Source of the DNA: Octopus vulgaris
Taxonomy: Eukaryota
Direction of reading: 5' to 3'
Length of the DNA: 64,000 nt
NCBI GenBank assembly: GCA_951406725.2
Contig: OX597821.1
Coordinates: forward strand, 80,042,001-80,106,000
Shown here: in pieces, positions 14,411 through 28,593 of the stretch
Position numbering within the stretch: the stretch's first letter is position 1
Layout of the letters: every line of letters starts with the position of its first letter
Notes under the pieces: generated by a model
Told to the model about the DNA's origin: nothing
The model's database searches: none
Seen by the model: the letters and a program-made list of their open reading frames with translations, nothing else
Program-made: the position numbers and the translations under genes

Positions 14411-15254
14411 CGTGTCCGATCAAGATGTTGAATAACACAACTCAGTCACTGATGTTGAATGTTTTTTTTTAGTTAAGATACGGTTCTGGATCTGCGCAGA
14501 GTTATCGCGCTTTAGCGTTTTCCATTGAAGAAAGCTAATGAGCCTGAAACGGCCGTTTGGGAATCCGACAGGGGGTAACACTGGGCAGATATGGTGTTTT
14601 TACACCTTTTTCCAGGAAAGAGTTTTTTCCAACACATTTTAACTAACATAAATTCCGTTTATTCGGAATCACTGCTTGGCACTGATGTTGCTACAATAAT
14701 AACAGTATTTTAGAAAAAAACAATGAGAATAATAATTATGGTGGTAAGAAGGAATACAGAAATGGTATTCATGATGATGATATGGAGAAGGACGAGTATG
14801 AGAAAAAGGGGAGGTGGAGGAATACGGAAATGGCATTCACGACGACGACGACGACGATGATGATGATAATGATGATGGTGATGAAAATGATGATGATGAT
14901 GATGATGCAGGTAGTAAGAATAATAATGATGATGATCATGATGATAATGATGGTCGGGATAATGATGAGGATGATGATGAGGTTATGATGCTGGTGTTGA
15001 AAAACAAGTCGGCAAAAGTAGATGAAAGAAATGGCGAAGAGCCTCTCTCTCTCATCCCCTGTCGTTCCCTATCCTCTTCATGAAGGTCACGGGATCTCTT
15101 ACAGTGCAACATAATACAGTTTTTGTCTAGTGTCAGTTTAAAATAATAACACTATGTGTGTGTGTGTGTGTGTGTGTATACGATTGTACGTGTGTAAGCA
15201 TGAATGTATGTATATGTGTGTGTGTATGCATGTATGTATGTATATATGCATGTG

Positions 15255-15295
<41 letters not shown>

Positions 15296-15466
15296 ATGCA
15301 GTCGCGCACACACACGTACATACACAAATCTACATAAAAGATGTCAGCAATATTCAGAAAACATAAGCAATTAAGAGTGCTCACTGCGTATGATCGAAGA
15401 GAGAGGGAGAGGTGCAGAGAGGGAGAGAGGAAGAGAGAGAGAGAGAGCAAGAGAAGAGACGGCGCT

Positions 15467-15501
<35 letters not shown>

Positions 15502-15624
15502 GCAGAGTCTGACAAACAGCCACGTATCTAGACTAGCACACAAACGCGCAGATGGGTACTAAGACAGATTGACAGACAGACGGACAGACAGGGAAGCAGA
15601 TTGGAACGAATAGATTCGAAGAGT

Positions 15625-15655
<31 letters not shown>

Positions 15656-16739
15656 ACACACACACACACACACATACACACACACACACACACACAAAGT
15701 AATAGACAATCAAGTGGAAATATATATATATGTATGCATACACACAGACAGATATTTTGAAAGCTGACATCTTTCTGACGAGTGTTCATGTATATATATA
15801 TATATATAAGCAGATAGATATAGAAGTAACTAAAGTGGAAAAAATATAGCAGCAACCGAAATAAGTGGTAAAATGCTTTGTTTTATAGGTCGGAGATGGC
15901 GAATGTGGCGGTTGAACAAAATGGTGATGGGAAGCATAGTGGAGGCGAGGAAGTTCAGTTCCAGGTTTCACAGTGAAGACATTTCAGCTATCTTCATTTG
16001 AAGCCAAATCAACAAATAGGTATGTCCGCCAAATCCGACATCAACGTGATTGCGTGTGAGTGTGCGTGAGTTTGTGAGCGAGTGGTGCATGTGTGTATCT
16101 ATGTATGTGTATGTGTGTATGCTTGCGTGCACACACACACACACACATATAAAAGAAGAGCAATAAGAATTGGAAGAACAGAACTACAAACAAAAACACG
16201 AATTGGTTGAAGTGTGTTAGAAAGAAATTTCAGTTGAGGTTTTCAACGAAGATGTCAGCTGTTTACCGTATGTTTTGTTGTTACTGCAGCTGCTGTTGGC
16301 GATGGCGGTGTTGGTGTTAGTGTTGTTGTTTTTCGTGGTGGTGGTGGTGGTGGTGGTGGTAGCAGTAGTGGCAGTGGTGATAGCAAATATGATTACAATG
16401 ATGACGATGATGATGGTGGTGATGCCGAAAATAATGATGATTATGATAGAAATTATGACATTGATGATAGCAATGAAAAAGATGGCGATGATGAAGATGA
16501 TGACGACGATGCTGATTGATAACTATGAACATAGCAAGCCAGTCGTCTCGAAAATAAATGTCATAATTGACATGAGCTTACCTACTGCTACAACTTATAT
16601 GTAAAAGTACTAAGCGATTGCAACCGAAAGACACCTATAAGAATGGTATTGGAAGTATTCGTGACTTTCTTGTTCTCCCGGCAGAATGTGTTGGTCATTA
16701 GATAAATGCTTAACGGTACCAAAGAAATGTCTTCTAATG

Positions 16740-17563
16740 CAGTGCTATTCAAAGTGGTGGTCCGCGAGCCATCAGCTGCCGGTACGCGGCGAGCTTCCAG
16801 AAAAGAAAGAAACATTTTAAAATGCTTATGTAATATTGTATTATTTGTTTACAAAATAAATATAGGATAAAAAATTGCCAACTTTTATTGTATTCATTAT
16901 ATATTGGGTCGTCCGGAAAGTTCGTGCCGATTTTTAAAGGAAAGCAAAAGGTCAATAGATACTTGCCATTACATTTTTAATCAACCAAATATGAACCATT
17001 TTGTTGCATCTTTCATCTTTCCTTTAACTTGGAAATACCCTCTTCCCAGAATTGAAGTGGTTTCATGGCAAAGAATTTATCAAGGTATCTTTTTATGTCA
17101 TCCAAGGAATTGAAATTTTTACCATTAAGACTATTCTGTAGAGACCTGAATCAGTGGAAATCTGAAGGAGCAATATCTGGTGAATATGGAGGGAGGGGTA
17201 ACACATCCCAGCCGAGCTGCAGCAATTTTTGTCTGGTTCCCAAAGCATCAAGTGCCGAAAATGAACTTTCTTATCTTCCATTTTAAAGGGTTACAGAATT
17301 AACACAGGAACATAAACCTTCTCCCACGAAAAGATAGCTTAAACTGTGCTCTAAATGGGGTTGTAGTCAAATCCTATTTTATGAACTCAACCATGTTCTA
17401 AAATAAGTCGAAAGGTAAGCTACTATAAATCGGCAGGAACTTTCCGGACAACCAAATATATTGTTTCCGGTATAAATTAATGTTAATAAGAAATATTACC
17501 GGTCCCAGGCACATTGGGAAAAAAACTGTTGGTACGCCACATCAAATAGTTTGAGAATCACTG
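16740..17563. mobile_element. hAT-like non-autonomous element
   Basis: Termini CAGTGCTATTCAAAGT and (reverse complement) CAGTGATTCTCAAACT, typical of hAT Charlie/Buster MITEs. The TSD is not clean. Confidence 0.65.
16904..17456 (-). mobile_element. Internally deleted mariner element nested in a hAT-like MITE
   Basis: TIRs ttgggtcgtccggaaagttcgtgccgattt / aaatcggcaggaactttccggacaaccaaa, with TA on both sides. Minus strand encodes PPYSPDIAPSDFH*FRSLQNSLNGKNFNSLDDIKRYLDKFF (mariner YSPDLAPSD motif). Confidence 0.9.
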
Positions 17564-18482
17564 TCTATGTTCTGAATTCAAATCGCGTTAAAGCTACCTT
17601 CATCTATCCAGTGTTGAAAAAATAAGTAGCTGTAATATACTGGAATGGATGTAATTGATCGTTCGTTACTTCTAAATTCCTAACATTCTGATGGACTCTC
17701 CCGTCGAAGACAACGTATGAGCGGTCAGCTTTTGCCGAACGACTTACACAAATGATTTGTTTATTGTGATCAAATGTATGCATCTCACAACAGCTCACAC
17801 TCTTCATCAAATCGACGTTGCCTGAACAGGTGCACTGTGTCGAAGTGATTGTAGTGCAACGTAAGATAAAGTGCTTTGCTCAAGAACACAACGCACTGCT
17901 GGGTCTAGGAATTGAAACCACAATCTCGCGATCGTGAGTGCAACACTCTAATCACTAGGCCATGCGTTCTAGGATTGTACATGTTTTAAATTTCATTATT
18001 GTTCGCAAAACGACGAAGCCATTTTCAAAGTTCTCGTTCAGTATCTGAGAGATATTGACTGATGGGGGTCTACTGAACCGCTGCTGTTAAGTGAGGGCTA
18101 TCGGCCAAGTCTTATTACAGAGATAATCCCCTCTGTATTTCATTTGGCTGGGTGCTAACGATTCTGCCAAAGGCACAATAACAATTTTGCGAGGAAGATC
18201 TTATTAGAGTAAACTTATACCAGCACTTGTATGTTATTTTATTTTATCGACTCCAGAGAGATGAAAGGCAAAGCTGACTTCAGCTGGAATTGAACTCAGA
18301 ACAGAACGCAAATATAGGTCATAATAAATTATATTTCTTTCAAATCGTCTTAGATGACGCTAGAATAAAATGCTATCTTTTTTACCTAACCTTACCAGCG
18401 TATTTCTGATATTAATTGGAAATCTTTACAACCAAGATCGAATCTAAACCCGGTCACTAATTGTTAATTTTTTATTCCGAAA

Positions 18483-18483
<1 letters not shown>

Positions 18484-18560
<77 letters not shown>

Positions 18561-18561
18561 A

Positions 18562-18627
<66 letters not shown>

Positions 18628-18672
18628 TTACTACTACCACTGCTGCTGTTGCTGCTACTGCTGCTGCTGCTG

Positions 18673-18727
<55 letters not shown>

Positions 18728-18742
18728 AGCTGCTGCTGCTGT
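18484..18742. repeat. Compound (CTA)n/(CTG)n microsatellite
   Basis: Alternating tac/tgc blocks; source of the poly-Y/C and poly-L ORFs. Confidence 0.95.
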
Positions 18743-18827
18743 CGTTCTACGTTAATCAGTACAATTTTGCTTGGAAATAGGATATTAACTCTTTATTAGG
18801 ATTTAAAATAGCGAGAGGGAACGAGTA

Positions 18828-18868
<41 letters not shown>

Positions 18869-19084
18869 ATGAGACAGTTAAATAGATAGATAGAGAGAGA
18901 GAGAGGGGGGAGATAGAGAAAGGTAGATAGAAAAAGAATAGATTGAGAGATTGGTGAATTTTGTTAGAAATATAGAAACAGACTGAAGACAGATTGTCAG
19001 AAATGGAGAGATAAATATTAAGGGAAAGAAAAAAGTGACAGAAAGAGGGAGACAAGATAGAGAAAGAGAAAGTGAAGAGAGAAC

Positions 19085-19115
<31 letters not shown>

Positions 19116-19593
19116 GTGGATTGTGCATCAAATGGTACAAATGGATGCGAGAATGCAAAGTTTCGGTTCAAGAGAGGGCGACTACAGCCATAAAATAATA
19201 TTCTTCAGGAAACAAAGGAAATGAAAAAGAAAAAAACAACAACAATTTTCTTCTCTGTCTGTGTCATGGCGGAAAAGCGTCCTGAAAGCTTGAAGGAAAG
19301 CACATTCACAAAGCAAAAATGATAATGGTAATATTGGTGATAATAATAACAATAATAACAAAAAAAAAATACAATGAGGAAAAATATGGCTGGCAAAAAT
19401 GAAAATTAAGAAATGTTATAAAGCCGTAAAGCTCAGAGACAATCAGTTTTAAAAGAAATAACAAAAAGAAAGCACACACACATATCCACAATGATTATTG
19501 GAGGCAACAATTACACACCAGTTACATGCTTTTCTTAATAATGCGAGCAAACCAAAGAATAAAGTAAGCAAGTGCAAGGCTAAACTGTGAAAT

Positions 19594-19663
<70 letters not shown>

Positions 19664-19680
19664 TTGATTTTTCTTTGTAA

Positions 19681-19889
19681 AAGCCAAAACGGTGTAAGTT
19701 GTAAGAAATATGGTAAGTCAATGGTTTTTTATTACTAGCTTCCTTTCCAATATTTCGGGATTAAGATTCCTTCTCCAGGAAATCTTCGGTGATTTGTGTC
19801 GCAAGCCGAAGAAGGGATCCTAATCCCGACATATCGAAACACAAGTATAAACCATTGACTTAATCTTATAGCTCACATTCTTTTGGCTT
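19681..19889. repeat. Imperfect inverted repeat with degenerate hammerhead-like cores
   Basis: aagccaaaa...taagtcaatggttt...atatttcgggattaagattccttct pairs with agaagggatcctaatcccgacatat...aaaccattgactta...ttttggctt. The arm consensus resembles CTGAAGA-AGGGAT..ATCCC-GAAATATCG. Confidence 0.7.
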
Positions 19890-19916
19890 AAAAAAATAAC
19901 ACACATATATCTATAA

Positions 19917-19990
<74 letters not shown>

Positions 19991-20059
19991 GGAGTCAACA
20001 CATAAATGTGAAACAAGGTGGAAAAAAGAGTACTCAAATACCAGTGGTAGAGTAATATG

Positions 20060-20224
20060 CTTTATTTTAAGCAGCAGAAAATTCAACAAAATCTGTTACT
20101 CTGAGTTTCTCGTTGCCGTTCATCAGACAGTTTTTGCTAGAATTCTAGCAAAAACTGTCTGATGAACGGCAACGAGAAACTCAGAGTAACAGATTTTGTT
20201 GAATTTTCTGCTGCTTAAAATAAA

Positions 20225-20225
<1 letters not shown>
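20060..20225. repeat. Perfect 166-bp palindrome (inverted Penelope-like terminus)
   Basis: Arms are exact reverse complements around gctagaa|ttctagc with no spacer. Flanked by (TA)n tracts. Confidence 0.9.
20151..20196 (+). ncRNA. Minimal type I hammerhead ribozyme motif (Penelope-like element type); mirror copy on minus strand at 20089-20134
   Basis: AAAACUGU-CUGAUGA-ACG GCAA CGA-GAAAC-UCAGA-GUA-ACAG AUUU. Core boxes CUGAUGA and GAAA are present. Stem I is CUGU/ACAG, stem II has a GCAA loop (first pair is an A-A mismatch), stem III is ACUC-A-GAGU, and the cleavage triplet is GUA. Confidence 0.65.
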
Positions 20226-20256
<31 letters not shown>

Positions 20257-21547
20257 CACAAAGTAGGAAGATGTGTAGACGCTTGCGTTTACAAAAACTG
20301 ATAATAGGATAGGAGGATGGGAGAGGGTGATGAGTAAAGTCAGCAAAGCAAAAGATTCGTGGCGCTTTCACTAGCAACAACTAATGTGTCAAATGCTACT
20401 GCCGTAAGCCCAAAATTACTTTGCGTTATCTAGTCACCATGATTAACAGTACAAGACAATATATTTGGTTTCGTTATTGTTTATCGTGAGTTTTGATATG
20501 CGGATTATATTATTATTGTCGTTGTCTAGATCCAGGTCAACGCTGACTAATCACATCTACGATCAAAAGCATTTCAGCCATAACGACCCTGTCCATCTCT
20601 GGGGCATATTATATCTAGATATAATATCCAAGTGTCTCTTCAGTTTCAGAGCAGTAGGATGTGATTTCAAATATATCTAGTTGCTATTTATAGCAGGTCA
20701 AGCGACCTCATACAAATTCCTTCAGTATACGAGTTTAATTTAGTTGTCACTTATGTCATTGCGATAGAGATGATGTTACAACATCAAGCTATCTTCACCT
20801 TAATACTAACGATCCTCAACGATGTCTAAAAGGATTATTGTGTTAAATGACTGTGATATTGAAGGGCGAGTGAAAATGGCATAAATTGCTTACTTCGGTC
20901 TTTGATATTGGATCTCAGTAGACATTAATGCAGTCGTGAGCAACTTTATTCAAGTTTGTAACCAATTAATGAGTACTTCATATTTTACTGAATATTACAA
21001 TTTCATATGGAAAGTACGTTTTCATTGCTATCATGTGATGGTATTTTTTAAAAAGAGAAATAGAGAATTGTGTGTCGGGAACAATAATTGACATTTGTAT
21101 TAATAAAACAGGTTTCTAACATTGTCTCGAGATAAATAAACAAGGAAATAGAACTGTAGATTGAATTAAATATGTAGAAAGAATTAAAAGTGTAGATAGA
21201 AATGTCGATGTTAAGATATCTCTCTCATCAAGCGGTGAGGTTTATACATGATATGTCACGTGTCAATTGGAATTTTCTTCAAATTGCAGACGATAACAAT
21301 TTTCGTGTGCCTGTTAAACCAATTAAATCTGAGTCAGCTTCTATAACAAACTCTTCACACCCTCTTTATTTTTTGTTTGTTCAAAGAGATGTAACGTTAA
21401 ATTACAAGAGTGGGGTCTCTCCTCCAAAACAGTAAAATAAACGATTCCAGTGTATGTATGAGAGAAAAATATTAAGTTGTTGCAGGCGAGATATTGGTTA
21501 TAACATATTCACATCAAACAGGCCATGCTATGGAAATACAAAAACAG

Positions 21548-21605
<58 letters not shown>

Positions 21606-24469
21606 ATATGTACCCCATTAAATATTTTCCATTTTCGTTTATAATCTTTTTACCCCTTGTTTTCATTTTTGTTAAGCTCCTCTGTTCGTGTGTGCGTTGA
21701 AAGATCCCTTAGAGTACGCCATTAGAGTATAAGTTACTGTAGTTTTTTTTTAATGTTTTAACATTTTATTAATTTGTTTTCTTCAACATATTCTTTCTTT
21801 GACATACATTTAGAACAAAATGCGTGATAAAAAAAAACACACACAGCAACTATGACAATAACATTCCCAACAACAATACAATTCTCCCCACCGTCACCAC
21901 CAACGCCAACACCTACACAACAACAATGACGACGACGACGACGACAACGACGACGACAACGACCACGATGATTATGAAAATAGTTTGAATGCAAAAAAGT
22001 AAAAAGTGACTAATAATAAATACTGCATTCCGGACTAGGATTTCAGTACAGTTACCACAAACACTCACTGAAGTATCAATAGCAATTTGCTGAGCAAAAA
22101 CAAAAGGATATTTAAAAAATGACAAAACATACATTGTTCATAATCATTCAAAGACCGAAGTAGATTAGAAGATATCGGCATAGACCAAGGAAGACGGTAC
22201 ACGAACGATGATAATCGGAGATGACTGGTGTAGTTTACGCAACATATTGTCGAACCAGCCGACATCATGCATAAGAGAGACATAGATCCATGTTTTCGTA
22301 AGTCAAGAGAAATTCAAAAACGCATGCAGTAAAACTATCTAATATGATTTATTAAACTATATCCACAAATTGTGATATTCTAGAACATATCTCTGTTTGT
22401 GTATAAGTTGACAAGGATATACGGTGCACGCAGTGATAAATCCATCTCGCTATTCATTTATCTGTTTATATTTGCAGTTATTAGGAGTGATCAATTTATC
22501 TTGTCATATATGACGTGAAGCAACACGATGATATATCGACTCTGTTTTATAAATTTGTTCTCTCTCGCCATATTTGCTCAAGAGTAACACAGCAGTAGGT
22601 TCTTCTACCTTGGTTTACTTACCGTTTCATAACATGTCCTCTTGATTTACTTTAAGATGCTATATGCTGCTGCTGCTGCTGCTACTGTTGCCGTTGGTAT
22701 TATTGTTGTTGCTGATGAATGATCAGGATGATGATCGGCATTGAATATTCAGTAATATCAACATGTTACAGTGTATATGACATCGAGGGAGGTGGTATAT
22801 TTTATTTACGTTAAATGCTGTGATATATCTAATTTATGACTGAATTGTGTATATTAAAAATATACCTTCGATGTCAAACTGGACTATGGTAAAGAGGAAT
22901 TTGTAAGAGGAGCTAGTAAGTATAGAAAAGGCATGCAGAAAGTGGAAAGGGGACGAATTGGTGGGCGCTAGCCCGGACAACTGATTCGTAAGGGAGATAA
23001 TTGAAGTGATGATGGCGGTGATGATGATGACAGTAGTGGTAGTGGTAGTGTAAGTGAATGAACGCAGCCAATAAAGAATAAGAACATGAAGCTGGAAAAA
23101 TGTGGTAGGAAGTGTAGAGTGTACGATATATTGTTCTAAAGTCTTTAATGGTCGTGTTCAACAAGAGTAAGTCGACTCAAATCTGTCCCTTCGTAAGTTA
23201 GATATAAATATTTTGTCGACAGTAATCTTTGAGAGTAAGATAATAAAACTCTCTATACATCAATACTGTTCATACATTTATTCAATCTATTGCTAGACAA
23301 AAAAAAAATGACTTAGATCATTGATATCTTTAAAACAATGCAAAACTGGTTTAAAATTTACAATGACTTAGAAAAATTCCCAAAGCTTACGATCGCCGAT
23401 ATTTATTATTACATTATAATGACGTTGGGGTATCTTTATCGTTTTTGTTTTGTTTTAGTTAGTTTTATTAGTATTAATAATGTTCATAGCATTTTTGAAT
23501 CCATTGATAGTGAAAGATAAGGTTAAGTAGATAAAGTTAGTACTAAGAATGCTTAGGTATTGAGAAGGGGCGGGAAATATTGACAACAAGGGTGATAGAG
23601 AGGCATGCAATTTCTAGAGATGAAAGACTAGAAAAAACATTTAGTAAATATTCTGATGTGGTGAATTTCAGTGGGTTTGGTTCTGAGCTAGCAATTTCAA
23701 AAACGTAGAAAGCGCTGTTGCAGAGGAAGAGAAACGATAGGCCAAGCGATTGTGTGAAAGTTGGCGTGTAAGATGGCTGTCTTTTATTATTCATCGCATA
23801 TTAAGGAACCAGTTGCAATATTTTCGATATTCAGACTGAAGACCTTCCATTTATGGATTTATAAGTTCTCACTTTCTTTCTTCCGTCTTACTCTTTCTCT
23901 TCACTTTTTCACAATTAAGGCTGTGTGTTAATTCGAAGCCGATCATACACTCAGTTGCTATTCGGAATCTCTTACTGTATGCATACGTCAAGCAATATAA
24001 GATATTTGCTTTATGTATTGAGTACTCATACGTTTATGCTTACACACACACGTATCATAGCAATCTAAGTGTTATATTTAATGTGTATAAACTAATGACA
24101 GCCAAGTTATTGCAGTTTTCGTTCGAGATAAAAAAAAATATCTTATAGATGCGCTGTGCGTGCAATGCAATATATATTAGAAGGAGACGAATAATCGTCC
24201 TGGCAGGGGCTAGCGAGAATGCCAGATGCTGCCCTTGTTGGGCTTTGTCAGTGATGTACATGCAGCCAGCAACATGCTCAGGCCAGATCTGCCACTTCTG
24301 ATACAGAAAACAGGGAGAGTATTTTTCACTGCTTCCTTTATTCCCCACTCCACTATACACGATCTCACATTCTCACATACGCGCTTTCCTAAGACCCACC
24401 TAACAATTGTATGCACACCCAACCTCACTAACAAATGTCACCATACTTACACATACATACACAGCTCTA

Positions 24470-24508
<39 letters not shown>

Positions 24509-27220
24509 ATTCTCTTTATGCTTGCATCAAACAGAGATACCTACTGATATATGGATCTATACATCCACCTTTTAATCTGTCCTAACTCCCTCATAGAACA
24601 GATTTGCCTATGATTTTTAACCCTTCCCCTTTCTCCTGTGTCCACGCACTCACAGTTTCTCTTTTTCACTCTTCCTATCTGTTTTTCTATGCCTTTTTTT
24701 TAGACGAAGAACTAACATCCAAAACGTCAAGACATTTTTTCTCCGTCTTAATCGTGAAACTAACATCATATTTATTAAATTTTGTTCTTCTTACGTTCTT
24801 TTCGATATCTGTTGTCCTTGCATCCAACGCCTGCACACACATGTACACACACACACACGGGGAATACAGCTAGAAATCAAGTGGTGACCTCTCCCGCCAA
24901 ATTTCGAAGGAAGGTTGTATGTTACACTGTATATGAATAACTAATTATCCTTATTTTTGTGAGCATTTCTGATACTAAATTCCGTCCCCCACCACAATTT
25001 TAATACAGGATTCGCTCCACAAACAGAACAATGAATTTTACATGCACTTAAAAATTGATTATGGTAAAGAGGAAGGAATTCCACCCTTGTCATTTCCTCA
25101 CCTCCCCAGACTGGTGGGATCTTCTGGAACAACTGATGCGAGGGCTACAGGCAAAGCATTTGCAAGTAGGGAAATCCAAAGGAACGTTGTTTTAGAATGG
25201 GCAGGCTGGCTGCAGTGGTTTATGTGGGAGCTGGGGTAGCGGTAACAATTCAACGGAGACTTGGAAGAGAAACGATCATGGAGGAAGAGCCTGGGCCGAT
25301 GAGGCACGAAACCTACGTCTGAAATTGTTATAGAAAAGGCAAAGAGGGGAAGGAATACGTGTGTGGACCAACGACTGATTAGTGCTAGTGAGAAACTTTT
25401 TGCCGCCATGTGAGCTTTTTATAAATGCGTTCTCGAATGCTTGCGTGCATAACAGTAGCACCGTCTCAAATGTAGGAACAGCAATCTGTTGTGTAACTTT
25501 GAGTTTAGGCTGTGTGTGCAGAGGCAGAGAGACACGTACGTAAGAGCATAGTTAAAATCAACACCTATCCGCTGGAAGCACCAAGGGATCTGAGGGGGGA
25601 GGATCATTTTTCATTTTATAAATGTGCGGTGGGTATTCAAAATAAAACAATGATCAGACGACATGAAAGGTGCAGAGACGGTGATGGTTTGTTAAAGATA
25701 TTATTTGAAAGTGAAAAAGAGGTAAAGAATTGCATGGGATGGTCGTGTGTCAATCAGCGATGAAATTCGGAACTGAAACTGGAAGTAGAAAGTTGAAGAC
25801 TGTGAAAGATAGCATTTCTTCACCCGCTGTATCAGTATGGGATCAGTGACAGAACCACTGTTATAAAATGCAACCAAACCTTCCTCAAGTTTTGTTTCAC
25901 TGGATCGAGGGTGGAAGGGCTGAGAGCGGGTGTTGCGAGAAGGCAAAAGCAGATTTTTGGCCTTCCTGCTTTTAACTGAGCGGAATATCAAGGGCGTGAA
26001 AGTAGGTGGGAGATAGAGCTGCACTAGCGGTCGGCTAGTTCACGCTTTCAGCTGAATCGACCGGGGCAAAGTGAAGTGAAGTACCTTGCCTAAGGACACC
26101 TTGCTTAAGTACGCTGCTCGGTCCAAGAACGAAACCACAGCGTTGGTGCATTTCCCGGATGGTGGTGTGTTGTGTCCACCATATTAAACACAACCACATG
26201 CACACCTCCATCCACTAGATTATCGGTAGTTGCTATACACCACTTGTTACTGTGCATTTCATTGAATTATTGTAACCTTCGGATGATGTCACCCACTGTC
26301 CACGTAAGCAGGCCATATGTGTGTGTGTATTTACATATCCACTCACGTTTCATGTATAATTATACGCATTTGTGTTTATATGAGTGTTCCCCTTGATTAA
26401 GGCTGAAGTATGATGTTACACCGAGTTAAAGGGGCAATCTATTGACCCATGAAAGGTTATAAATAAAGTTTCTGTCTGACTGGTCACGTAACAATATTTC
26501 GTGATAAAGTAATGTGTATCATTTGACACTTAATTTTCATTATCCCTCTCTAACTCTCTATCACTTCCTCTTTTTCTCACTGTATATACATACGTGCGCG
26601 CGCACATACAGCCAGACACACACGTATGTATACATATATATATTCGCATATACATAAAAATGGCGGTCGATTGAACGAATTGTCAGAGCGTTGAAAAATT
26701 GGATTTGGTTTCTTTGCGTAATGAGTTCTAATATCGCCTTGGTGAGCTTCGCTATTTACCTTCTGGAGTCTAACAAACAACGTAGGAACACCGATTCTTT
26801 GCTGTTTTTTTATTCTTTCATGTGTTACGCTGTGGGATCAAACCTTAACTTTCAGTTGCGACTGCATTCAAGTTGAATGCTTATATATTTTTTTAATTGG
26901 AGATTTTCCCATTCCCTTATTTATTCTTATGTTTACTTTCAAACAATCCCTTTTCTACATCCTTTAACGTTTACAAGTTTAAAGTCCAGTTTTGGCCTCG
27001 TCATCGGAATGACATGAGAGACTTTGAATGAAGCGACGCTGATTTTATTAGTCATAACACTATTCCTACAATCCTTTATTGCCTATTGCAAAACACATCA
27101 GTAATGCGTTACATCTACCAACACATTCTGACTTTTACACCAAAAAGATCCTGTAGACACCCTGTTATCCCAAACTGAATATAAAAATAACTATTAAAGA
27201 AAATTTGAAAATGATCATTT

Positions 27221-27437
27221 ATTCCTTTACTTGTTTCAGTCATTTGACTGCGGCCATGCTGGAGCACCGCCTTTAGTCGAGCAAATCGACCCCAGGACTT
27301 ATTCTTTATAAGCCTAGTACTTATTCTATCGGTCTCTTTTTGCCGAACTGCTAAGTTACGGGGACGGAAACACACCAGCATCGGTTGTCAAGCGATGTTG
27401 GCGGGACAGACACAGACACACAAACATACACACACAC

Positions 27438-27503
<66 letters not shown>

Positions 27504-27662
27504 ACATATATACGACGGGTTTCTTTCTCTTTCCGTCTACCAAATCCACTCACAAGGCTTTGGTCGGCCCGAGGCTATAGCAGAGGACACTTGCCCAAGG
27601 TGCCATGCAGTGGGACTGAACCCGGAACCATTTGGTTGGTAAGCAAGCTACTTACCACACCT
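27221..27662 (-). mobile_element. Family B SINE, full length
   Basis: Near-identical to the 3712 and 45152 copies, with an expanded internal (TA)n. Confidence 0.85.
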
Positions 27663-28257
27663 CCACACAATGTATATATGTATATGTTTGAGAGAGTGTT
27701 GTGTGTATGTTTTAATGGCGACAATGTAAGATAAGGGCCAATACGAAGAAACCACACGAAAATTCTTTGGTCGTAAAAACCGTTTCCTCTAAACTGTACA
27801 AAGCTTTGAGAGATATGAAGTGAATTACTTTCTCATTTTAACGGTGAAACTCTAAGGTAGATAAAGCTATAAATGATAGCGGGTAGAATGATGAGTTCAA
27901 AATACCCATTGGATAGAAAGAAAGTCAAAGGTTTTTGATGGGACACAAACCCACGTTTTGTATAAACATAACCGACGCTCTAACTTTATAACAGAGCACT
28001 ACCAAATTTCCTCTATCTCCCTTAGAAGTTTAGTTCTTACCAGCGAGAACTCTCAGATGTTTATGCTGTAAAACTTCGCGAGGTATATGAAGTAAACATT
28101 GCTTTTTATAACGCTTCGACTATTTTTCCATCCCAAAGTATTTTAACCTCGTATTCTACATGTTATTATTTATAGCTTTGTATACTTCGAGTTCCACCAT
28201 TAAAATCATTATTGCTTTATTATTATTAAATTTGAATATAGTCGTGTCTTCAATATC

Positions 28258-28327
<70 letters not shown>

Positions 28328-28559
28328 ATGACGTATCAAATGTCCTTCCCGTGGCATAGACTTATAGGGTCGGTTTTCGGATCTGCGGACGTTTCATCGC
28401 AACTTCTATCGCAGCATAAATCATTTTTGCCATCAAAGTGGACTGGAGCAACGTGGAATGAAGTGTTTTGTTCAAGAACCCACAGCACTGTGTGGCCCAG
28501 GAATCGGAACCACAACCTTACGACCATGAATGCAATACAGTAATCACCAAGACACGCGC

Positions 28560-28593
<34 letters not shown>

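Noticed and set aside
14814-15083. Asp-rich ORF
   Set aside because: Derived from a degenerate (GAT)n microsatellite.
15103-15151. Minus-strand donor after LDKNCIMLH, considered as the NTR KKYCKKDY exon
   Set aside because: Similarity is limited to a Lys and a Cys, and the acceptor lies in a (CA)n tract with no pyrimidine run.
15889-16019. Plus-strand exon-like segment (ttttatag|G...AG|gtatgt)
   Set aside because: Stops in all three frames and no partner exons. A non-coding antisense exon cannot be excluded but is unsupported.
24130-24740. Possible Penelope GIY-YIG remnant (CACNAIYI...)
   Set aside because: Too degraded to call without a profile search.
25102-25318. Minus-strand segment with good acceptor and donor, open in phase 1
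   Set aside because: The peptide has no netrin/NTR similarity, it exits in phase 2, and the plus strand looks like a degraded retroelement. Probably a chance exon-like signal.
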